NCBI GenBank assembly: GCA_002269645.1
Contig: NIVC01002166.1
Coordinates: forward strand, 1 to 64,000
Reading direction: 5' to 3'
Length of the DNA: 64,000 nucleotides
Source: Macrostomum lignano
Taxonomy: Eukaryota
Both the position numbers and the translations under genes were made by a program. Below are positions 47,420 through 57,906 of the stretch, one piece after another (the stretch's first letter is position 1; every line of letters starts with the position of its first letter). The notes under the pieces were generated by a model that ran no database searches, was not told the DNA's origin, and saw only the letters and a program-made list of their open reading frames with translations.

Positions 47420-48935
47420 GAGGGGCAGGGTGGATACAGGGGCGATAGAGGGGCAGGGTGGATAGAGGGGCAGGGAAGATAGAGGGGCAGGGTGGATAGA
47501 GGGGCAGGGAGATAGAGGGGCAGGGAGGATAGAGGGGCAGGGAAGATAGAGGGGCAGGGAAGATAGAGGGGCAGGGAGGATACAGGGGCGATAGAGGGGC
47601 AGGGAGGATAGAGGGGCAGGGTGGATAGAGGGGCAGGAAGATAGAGGGGCAGGGTGGATAGAGGGGCAGGAAGATAGAGGGGCAGGGTGGATAGAGGGGC
47701 AGGAAGATAGAGGGGCAGGGAGGATAGAGGGGCAGGGAAGATAGAGGGGCAGGGTGGATAGAGGGGCAGGGAGATAGAGGGGCAGGGAGGATAGAGGGGC
47801 AGGGAAGATAGAGGGGCAGGGAAGATAGAGGGGCAGGGAGGATACAGGGGCGATAGAAGGGCAGGGAGGATAGAGGGGCAGGGTGGATAGAGGGGCAGGA
47901 AGATAGAGGGGCAGGGTGGATAGAGGGGCAGGAAGATAGAGGGGCAGGGAGGATAGAGGGGCAGGGAAGATAGAGGGGCAGGGTGGATAGAGGGGCAGGG
48001 AGATAGAGGGGCAGGGAGGATAGAGGGGCAGGGAAGATAGAGGGGCAGGGTGGATAGAGGGGCAGGAAGATAGAGGGGCAGGGAAGATAGAGGGGCAGGA
48101 AGATAGAGGGGCAGGAAGGATAGAGGGGCAGGGAAGATAGAGGGGCAGGGTGGATAGAGGGGCAGGGAGATAGAGGGGCAGGGAAGATAGAGAGGCAGGG
48201 AAGATAGAGGGGCAGGGAGGATACAGGGGCGATAGAGAGGCAGGGAGGATAGAGGGGCAGGGTGGATAGAGGGGCAGGAAGATAGAGGGGCAGGAAGATA
48301 GAGGGGCAGGGTGGATAGAGGGGCAGGAAGATAGAGGGGCAGGGTGGATAGAGGGGCAGGAAGATAGAGGGGCAGGGAGGATAGAGGGGCAGGGAAGATA
48401 GAGGGGCAGGGTGGATAGAGGGGCAGGGAGATAGAGGGGCAGGGAGGATAGAGGGGCAGGGAAGATAGAGGGGCAGGGAGGATACAGGGGCGATAGAGGG
48501 ACAGGGAGGATAGAGGGGCAGGGTGGATAGAGGGGCAGGAAGATAGAGGGGCAGGGAGGATACAGGGGCGATAGAGGGACAGGGAGGATAGAGGGGCAGG
48601 GTGGATAGAGGGGCAGGAAGATAGAGGGGCAGGGAGGATAGAGGGGCAGGGAAGATAGAGGGGCAGGGAGGATACAGGGGCGATAGAGGGGCAGGGAGGA
48701 TAGAGGGGCAGGGAAGATAGAGGGGCAGGGAGGATACAGGGGCGATAGAGGGCCAGGGAGGATAGAGGGGCAGGGTGGATAGAGGGGCAGGAAGATAGAG
48801 GGGCAGGGAGGATAGAGGGGCAGGGAAGATAGAGGGGCAGGGAGGATACAGGGGCGATAGAGGGGCAGGGAGGATACAGGGGCGATAGAGGGGCAGGGAA
48901 GATAGGGGGGTAGGGAGGTTAGAGGGGTAGGGATG
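47420..48935. repeat. Polypurine minisatellite, ~17-bp unit GATAGAGGGGCAGGGAG
   Basis: Visible array. Explains ORF 47394..49016. Confidence 0.94.
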
Positions 48936-49454
48936 ATAGAGGAAGTATAGAGGGAATGGGACTATTACAGAGGCTGGGAGAGTGGCAGGGGTATAAACAG
49001 GAGCATGACAAGTCAATCTGCTCTACAAGTGCATCAAGGGAGAGCGGTTATTCGCAGCTCAGCATCGCAGAGTGCCTCCCGGGAGTTGGCATGGAACTGG
49101 CCGGATAAATTCAAATGTTTTTGCTGAGCCTGCGCTTAAAAAGCGGAATTTTTCGAGCCGTCGTTTTTTCACTTCGCAGCGGAGAGTCGGGCAGCCATTT
49201 CCCAATTAGCATGGGAGCGGCAGGGCTGGGCTGGGAACATCAAAATGAAGCCGTTTTAGTCCGGCTGGCGATTTCAGGGACTGCGCTGTCCGTGTGCCGA
49301 GCTGATTGTGAATTCTGCTGCTGCGATTCGGGATTAGTCTAGACAGATGAAGTGCTGGGAGGCTGGCTGCACTGGCTCGGGTGCATTGCCGGTTCAGTGG
49401 ACTCGCGCCTGAGGTGATCGGGATGGCTCGAGAGCTGCAAATTTAGAGGTCGGA

Positions 49455-50195
49455 GTGATTCTCAAGATGCTGTAGGAGTGATTCTCAAGATGCTGTAGGA
49501 GTGATTCTCAAGATGCTGTAGGAGCGATTCTCAAGTTGCTGTAGGAGCGATTCTCAAGTTGCTGTAGGAGCGATTCTCAAGATGTTGTATGGGCGATTCT
49601 CATGATGTTGTAGGGGCGATTCTCATGATGATGTAGGGGCGATTCTCATGATGCTGTAGGGGCGATTCTCATGATGTTGTAGGGGCGATTCTCATGATGA
49701 TGTAGGGGCGATTCTCATGATGATGTAGGGGCGATTCTCATGATGATGTAGGGGCGATTCTCATTTTGTTGTAGGGGCGATTCTCATGATGTTGTAGGAG
49801 TGATTCTCATGATGCTGTAGGGGCGATTCTCATGATGTTGTAGGGGCGATTCTCATGATGATGTAGGGGCGATTCTCATTTTGTTGTAGGGGCGATTCTC
49901 ATGATGATGTAGGGGCGATTCTCATGATGCTGTAGGGGCGATTCTCATGATGTTGTAGGGGCGATTCTCATGATGTTGTAGGGGCGATTCTCATGATGAT
50001 GTAGGGGCGATTCTCATGATGATGTAGGGGCGATTCTCATGATGATGTAGGGGCGATTCTCATTTTGTTGTAGGGGCGATTCTCATGATGTTGTAGGAGT
50101 GATTCTCATGATGCTGTAGGGGCGATTCTCATGATGTTGTAGGGGCGATTCTCATGATGATGTAGGGGCGATTCTCATGATGCTGTAGGGGCTGT
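49455..50195. repeat. Minisatellite, 23-bp unit GTAGGGGCGATTCTCATGATGAT
   Basis: Visible array. Confidence 0.94.
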
Positions 50196-53096
50196 TTTCA
50201 AGTTGCCGTACTGGCAACTCTCTAAGTGGTTTAGGGACATTCCGCAGTTTGGTTTAAGGGTGATTAAATATTAAGGCAAGGTTAGGGGTTTTGGCAAGTA
50301 TATAAAAGCGATCTTATAGAAAAAATTAAAAATCAGAAAATAGTATTCCAAATTCAGAATGACTTCAACTGTGCTGTGTCACGTCCTTCAATCCTGTTAT
50401 GTAATTATTAAAATATAAGCAGGTGCTGCCATGGGTTATCTTTAGCTTAAGATTTGGGCCAAAAATGAACCAGAAACAGCATATATTAGTTGGGGAGAAG
50501 TGGGAGTGGTTGTTAGAGATGAGAGCTGATGTGACTCATTTCAGCCGAAATCAAAAGGAAACAATGGCTTGGGAAACCGGCCACTTGTTCAAGCAGTTGG
50601 TGGGGTGGGGGGGGTTGCCGCTGCAATCTGCAATTTTGCTTTGGCAAACGGATCGCTGCAGTCTGACAAATTTGCTTGCAGGGGGGGAGCTGATTGGTGT
50701 TTAATTTTAGCCATTGGCAAGCCCGATTTGGGCGTTGGCGCCGGCGGTCGCTGCATTTTGAATTGATGCCAGCTTTGCACTTTAGGCGCTGATACAATGG
50801 GCTGACGGCACCACTGCCGGCCTGCGACAGTTGGACATTGGCTGCCTTCGGATTCCATTGTACATTGTCTTTTACATTGTACTCTTAAGTTCTATACCAA
50901 GCCCGATGGCGCTAAACAAGTAGTATGAAGATGCACACGTCTTTTTGCCACCAGTGAACGGGCTTCTTTTTAGACGTGGGTCTTCATACTACTTGACAAA
51001 CCTAGTTTTGTACCGATGAAAAAAAACTTTGAGAAGCTCAAGAAAATGAAAATCGGTTTCTCTCCTCTCTAATCTCTCTCTCTAGTCTCCCCTCTCCTCT
51101 CGCTTCTCTCTTATCTCCTCTTTTCTCTTCTTCCTCTATTCTCTTTCGTTTCCTCTCTCATCTGGCCAGCAGCCATGAACTGGAATCTTCTAGAATAGGC
51201 CCTCGATCTAAAAAATTGTCTAAGTCTCCAGAGCGTTGAAGGGTTATACCACCCCATTAAGCTGGTTGTTTCGGCGCAAGATCTTCTTAGCATCAGCTTA
51301 AGTGCTTGGAAAGTCAGGCCAGTTTTGTGGGACATATTATAATACTCGTACTCTCAATTAGATTGTACACTAAACTGGCATAGATACCCTAAGCCTCTTC
51401 CTCTTCTCCAACGGGGTTGCAAAGAAAGCTATAAATAAAGTCATTTCAAAACACTGTACATTGCTACTGTATAAGCCGTATCTCACCTTTTGGTCTGGGG
51501 AAGGGATTGTAAACGTAGTGACTTGGAACTTGCCACCCGCTAAACTTTGTCAATTTAAATGTGCAGTTAAAGAGCTAAATTTTAATACAAAATTCTAATC
51601 ACGTGACGCCTGTTTATCGATCTAATTTTCCTTGGTCTGTGCGCGAAGCAAATAAAGCTTTATTGACGCCCCTCCGGCCCAAGCCCTCACGTCGTCACTC
51701 GTCAGTCCCCCCCCCGCTTAGAAGGACGGAAGTGTACATTGTATGTACGATTATTCCTTCCCTTCCTTTCCTTTCTAACCAGCTTAACTCGGCCCCACGC
51801 CAAAGCCATGCAAGCAATCGCATGCAAATGCAAATTATGCAATGCGGTATTTCATATGCAGCATAATCTGATGAATTTTGGTGCAAAAAGGCATTTTTTA
51901 CCTCAAAAGAACAACGAATGGTTATGAAACTCAAGAAATTTGCTAAATTAACTGTATAGAACACTGTGTATTGGTTTCAGTGCAAAATTCCTACCATTTC
52001 CCGGTTAATTACGAGCGTAGCCCCGGAAGTAGCAAAAGTGTCACAAATCAAGTTTTCAGTTTTTTATCGATAATTTTTTACCCAATGAACCGAATCTCTA
52101 GAAATTGCACACAAATAGGCCTCGTTATGTGGGAAATCAGGCGTCATAAAAATATTGCCGTCCTATTGCGTTTTTTGCCTGATTTCAAGCCAAATATTAA
52201 AAAATCACTACTCTGATCGATTTCCAATCACTTTTGACACAAGAGCACTTGTTGCAGACACTCAAAAACTTGGTCAATTAAAGCCCGACATTAGTACAAC
52301 TAATTGCAGTGTCCGCATTTGATCTACCATTCTTCCATCCATTTTTCGGGCACCGAATCAGCCAAAATTCACAAATTATCGATTTCTGATCGATTTTCCA
52401 ACCCGAAAGCATCGAAATCAGACGGCGGCAATTTATAGTACAGCAACTTTGCTGTAGAAATTTGAAATCGGCTTTATTCGCACCATGTTCTCAAAATTAT
52501 AATGAGCAATAATGCGAAACTCATGTGATTTTTTGAAAAATCGATTCTTGTAGATTTTCTCAGCACTGCAGAATCGTAGGAAAACAAAACTTTAGACACT
52601 TGTAGATATTTGCATTGCGCATCTAACTGCACTGCTTTGAAGCCGAAACTCAAAAAGCTTCGTAGGAAAAAGTGGGGAGATAATAAAATGAGGGTATTTT
52701 TTTACCCAAAAAAACCCACCAAAACTGAATAAAGATGTCGAAATAAATTAAAGCGCCATATACCATTTTGTAGTAAATTTAGTTTTACAACTTTGATCCT
52801 CAGATGTCGAAGCCGTATCTCGTTAAGGTGTACCAGAATTTTGAGATCTCCCAGAAGCACTTTTGAAAAAATCGTCTTTCCACTTAATTTACGGCTTAGT
52901 AATAAAATCTCTGCACTTAAAAGTATATTCATTCGATAGATCTAAAAGTTTTCTATCGATCGACACCTCACTCAACTCAATCGGTGCAGTGGTTGCAAAA
53001 AAGGAGCATTTTTTGGCGAAAAAACGTGAAATTTAAAAATGCATGGGAGTCTAACTTATTTACCGGCGGCGCCGGACTCGGCTCGTTCACTGGTGG

Positions 53097-53645
53097 AACT
53101 AGAGCTGGTATAGACATCACAACTAGAGCTGGTATAGGCATCACAACTAGAGCTGGTATAGGCATCACAACTAGAGCTGGTATAGGCATCACAACTAGAG
53201 CTGGTATAGGCATCACAACTAGAGCTGGTATAGGCATCACAACTAGAGCTGGTATAGGCATCACAACTAGAGCTGGTATAGGCATCACAACTAGAGCTGG
53301 TATAGGCATCACAACTAGAGCTGGTATAGGCATCACAACTAGAGCTGGTATAGGCATCACAACTAGAGCTGGTATAGACATCACAACTAGAGCTGGTATA
53401 GGCATCACAACTAGAGCTGGTATATATAGACATCACAACTAGAGCTGGTATAGGCATCACAACTAGAGCTGGTATAGGCATCACAACTAGAGCTGGTATA
53501 GGCATCACAACTAGAGCTGGTATAGGCATCACAACTAGAGCTGGTATAGGCATCACAACTAGAGCTGGTATAGGCATCACAACTAGAGCTGGTATAGGCA
53601 TCACAACTAGAGCTGGTATAGGCATCACAACTAGAGCTGGTATAG
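53097..53645. repeat. Minisatellite, 24-bp unit CTAGAGCTGGTATAGGCATCACAA
   Basis: Visible array. Confidence 0.95.
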
Positions 53646-54851
53646 ACGCCAAACAGCCGGGGCCTCTGATATCGAATGTCAGACTGGCCCAGTTGAGTAT
53701 AAATTAGCCATTGCCCGATGAAAATCGCAGGCAGGCTGTTGTGCGCAGCTTCCTGTTATTTCTGCTCGATGCTTTCAGGTGCAAATAATTGTAAGCCATA
53801 AAAGCGGAGGATTTACGCTGCTTTTAGCTGATGGGGACGGACCGGCATCCTTCATCATGCTTGCTTGGGATCGAGTGGAGTTGTGGGTGCCCGGGTTTGC
53901 AGATCAAACGAGTGGCAGCCCACATCTCCTTAATTGAGTTATCAACACGGCTGCCCCTGTGCTCAGATATCGCCGATTTGCAATAAATATCCCATATCCC
54001 CATTTTTTGCTTCTCCTCCCATGGGGTCCCGGCCGGTTTCAGACCCCCCAGTAAAAGGCTTGTAGGGGAATGATGACGAGAGGCGTCAAATAAAGATGCT
54101 AACAAAATCGGCAGATCAGCAGACAGCTCAGAGCTAATTATTCGTTCCGGTCAAGCGCGGGTTGTTAAAGTGCGCCCAAATGCAGCAGAGGCTGAATCAA
54201 TATTTCAAGTTTGCACTAATTTATTTTTGGCCCGCTTGCGTGTTTGCCATCGCCTGCCTGCTACAGTCAGCATTGCTATTATTACCATGATGACTCAAGC
54301 CCGATTGCTGCGGAGTCCGGGCTTGAGCACGTGTGTGGGCGGCTGCTCTCGGTTGCTGGGAGACCGACAGTAGAGAAAGGAAACTAGCAACGTCGCTGAC
54401 AATACCATCCGGTTGCTACGAGAGTTTCAAACTCCTATGAAGAGACGAAGAGCCACTGTGTCTCGTAAAGTGGCGATCGATACCGGATCCGGAATGGTAA
54501 AGATTCTATTTTAATCATAGATTCATAGACCAGGAAGTTCAACCATAGACAATCAATCCTGGCGCTGGAGAGGAGATTGCAACTGAAAGCTACGAGTATA
54601 ATAGTTGCCACTATAAAAAAACAAAAAAATGAATTTCTTTCACCTTAGACCTAAAGGTGATTTTGCCATAGAAAAAATCAATTCTGTTCGCTTGATCGTG
54701 AAAGACTGATCAATTGACGTATTCTCACCGATTGGGGCTACGTAAATTAAAATTGCTACTCAACTCCAACCTGAGCACCGCACTTACAAGGGGGGCTTCA
54801 GGACGCACCCACACAAGGCTTCACCAGAGTCTGGACGCAGTGGTACAGCCT

Positions 54852-54948
54852 GGGGCTGGCACACATTGGCCGGTACGCCTCGGTAAGCTCTGGCGGGTCT
54901 TAATTCGATTGCTCTAGATTGAGTTAAGTAAGAGACCGTCTTTCCGGC
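54852..54948 (-). ncRNA. Degenerate SL RNA-like gene copy
   Basis: Minus strand reads GCCGGAAAGACGGTCTCTTACTTAACTCAATCTAGAGCAATCG-AA-TTAAGACCC...AGCTTACCGAGGC...AATGTGTGCCAGCCCC. The ~97-nt length and motif order fit an SL RNA, but the ATG, donor and Sm site are decayed. Confidence 0.55.
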
Positions 54949-55810
54949 TAGCAAGGAGAGAAAATCAAGACGTGAACACGACACCACACCCCAACACACG
55001 GCGTCAGTAATTAAATATCTACGGCCCGCGGAGGGGGAGGCCAACAGCCCTCCAACCCACCACCCCATCGATCCCAACCCGCGCCAGCCAACCACACCGC
55101 CAGGGGGGGAGGAAACACCGATCCCCCCGCCGCTCGGCCCAGCCAATCAGAACGCAGTAAGCAACAAATAGTACAGAAGCTGAACGATAAGTCATAGTAA
55201 AAAAACGCCCGGCTTGAACCAATTGATGCATGTGGGGACAAACTGAGTCAACCTGGCACTGAAACAAAAGTGCATGCAGAAAACAACAGTAATAAAAGTA
55301 TTGAGTGCAAGTTTCACTAATAGATCGATAAAATTGACTCTTAGTCACTCAGAAGTTAGCAATGGAAAATCTTTTTTAAAATGAACATTACTACGCCTTT
55401 ACACTTTCATTAAGCCTGGAGACGAAAAAAGCTTTAATGTTTCAAGCAATTTAGCCAGCCCATCTTGGTCTGGGGGATAGATTGGCATTGTACGTATTGA
55501 GGCAATGCTGCCAGTGTTTGTACTACAGCCGGGTAGGGACCGAGAGAGTTTCCAATTGGTGAAAAGGTGCCTTCGCAACCAACGCCCTTGAAGCTAATTT
55601 TTTGTTTGCTACGTCAATCAGGGCCAAAGCCAGTGGGAGCCGGGGCGGGCGGCCTCCTCACTCCGCCGCCCTCTCGTCCCCCCCCCCCCCCCGGCGGGTC
55701 AGATTGCGTGTATTTAAGCTGCGGCACGGGCCGCCCCAGCTGCCCTTACGCCACCAGCTCAGCCGGCACCAGCTCAGGCGCAACACTCGACAGCTACTCT
55801 CGAACCCGAC

Positions 55811-56230
55811 ATGCCGACTGCCGCGCACTGCCGCCAGCCGCACCAGCCGCCGCCGCTGGCCCTGCTACTGGCTCTGCTATTAATTTGCCTGGGCGCCCAG
55901 CTGCCAAAAGCGGCGGCGCAGAACGCCGAGGTCGAACGAATCTGCGGCCAAAATCCGTTCGAAAGGCTGAAGCAGATCGCCGAAAATATTCTGCAGAGAA
56001 CTCTAACAGGCCGTGAGTAGCTGCTCAGGTTGCTAACCGATAATATCAAACAGCTTAAACTTCGCGTTGCTAACCCCGGCAGCCACTCCCTTTATTCCGG
56101 TAATTTTGCAGCTGAGTTCCACATCCTGTTCAACCGGGCGCTTAGCGATCCGGAGAAGGGCCCGCGGCTGAAGGCTGCGGTCACCCGCTACCAGGAGTGC
56201 AGCCTGGGCGTGGAGAACAGCCACTTCTGA
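55811..56230 (+). CDS. Small secreted orphan protein (~106 aa, 2 Cys), 2 exons
   Basis: Exon 55811-56012 (signal LALLLALLLICLGAQLPKAAA), intron 56013-56111 (GTGAGT...TTTTGCAG) and exon 56112-56230, phase-1 compatible. GC-rich codon usage matches the other genes. TATTTAA lies at ~55710. Confidence 0.7.
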
Positions 56231-57291
56231 ACTGGTGGCGCAATGCTAACTGACTGAAATAGACACACCCGCACCTGGCCTACTCACCGGGCAGTGTTTA
56301 ATCAAGCACCTCTTATTCACTCACCTCTTCCGGCACCAGTTTTGTGTTATTCAATTCAATTTTAATCGGGTCGCAACAGCGAAATACAAATTTGAGCTAG
56401 ACAAATTCTAGGACATGAGTCAACCTCATCTCAACCGGGTATCTGATTATAAACTAACAGCTTTTGAGCAAGCAAAATAAAAACAATTGAGAGGATGCGT
56501 CTGTTACCGTGATGGCTTTTTGCAATTATTGTTATCAGCTTGTAGAAGAAATCAGATTAGTTGCGAAGAGAGTCAAGCAACCCCACAGGCCGAAGGGATT
56601 GTGATTGATTCTATGGAAGGTCTAATCATTGTGGCAATCACGAGTTGTATTAGGCTATTATTAATATAGATAATTGGGCGAATGTCTGGTGGAGTGAGCC
56701 TGTTCATAATTAGTGTTATTGTAATGCACTTATTTAAATAAATAAGCAGAGCAAATGTGATTGAAGTTGCCAGTGAGATACACAAATATGCGGCCACATA
56801 TAGGAGGGTTTTCGAGAGAAAAAAATATCGACAAAGGAGCGGTTGGCAGCTATCTACTGTCTAAGTTAATTTGAAGCAAAGAAGACAGACAGAAGCAGAA
56901 AAAATGATCGGAATAGCGTAGACTTCAAGTGTTCAGTAAAAATAAAACTTCAACAAATTAAAACTAAGGCCTTCAATAATAGAAAATATCGAATATAGAT
57001 TAATTGGCCCAGCTTCACTTCACGCAATCCAGAAACCCGATAGGCCAAGGTAATAAAATTTAATCGATAATTGAGGCACCTGACCTAATTTCATGGTGGA
57101 TGTCCTCGGCAGACCTCGCAAAGTGCAAAGCTAAATTTAGCAACAGAAACACAGCAAGAAAAAGTCGGTGTTACTAGGATTCCTGGTTCTCCGAATACAT
57201 AATATAGCAGCGGGAAACCCCCACGCTTCCGTGCGTGCTTTTAACGGCGATTTCACTGCCACTATTTGACTGCCACTATTTGACTGCCGAC

Positions 57292-57685
57292 CAAACCCCA
57301 ACCCCAACCACAACCCCAACCACAATCCCAACCATAACCCCAACCACAACCCCAACCACAACCCCAACCTCAATCACAACACCAACCATAATCACAACAC
57401 CAAATCAAACACAACCCCAACCCCAACCACAACCACAACCACAACCCCAACCCCAACCTCAATCACAACACCAACCATAATCACAACACCAAATCAAACA
57501 CAACCCCAACCCTAAACCAAACCACAACCCCAAACCAAACTACAACCCCAAACCAAACCACAACCCCAACCACAACACCAAATCAACCACAATTCCAACC
57601 ACAACCCCAACCCCAGTCACATCAACCACAACCACAACACCAAATCAACCACAACCCCAACCCCAACCACAACCGCAACCCAATT
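57292..57685. repeat. Degenerate (CCCCAA/CCACAA)n microsatellite flanked by a 12-bp inverted repeat
   Basis: Visible. TTTGACTGCCGA at 57279-57290 and TCGGCAGTCAAA at 57692-57703. Confidence 0.85.
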
Positions 57686-57906
57686 AAATAATCGGCAGTC
57701 AAAAGCCGGGCTTCCGATTTAGACAGGCCTAGCATTCAGAATTCCCTACGGAGAACTAACTTGACGATATGTATAGAAAACCAATTTATCCCAAAGGTAG
57801 GCGAAGACAGCACCAACTTGAAGATTAATTACGAGCGTATAATTGACAATATAATGTAAGGTAGGCCACAGAACATCATCCTCTCCATTAGAATCTGCGC
57901 TGGAAT

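Noticed and set aside
50589-51545. Possible small minus-strand exons (for example GGKFQVTTFTIPSPDQK at ~51540-51488) and short ORFs
   Set aside because: No recognisable domain, atypical codon usage, and no consistent exon chain. RNA-seq would be needed.
51935-52970. AT-rich stretch with recurring TCGAT motifs and a small hairpin near 52935
   Set aside because: Probably a DNA-transposon remnant, but I could not define termini or a second copy.
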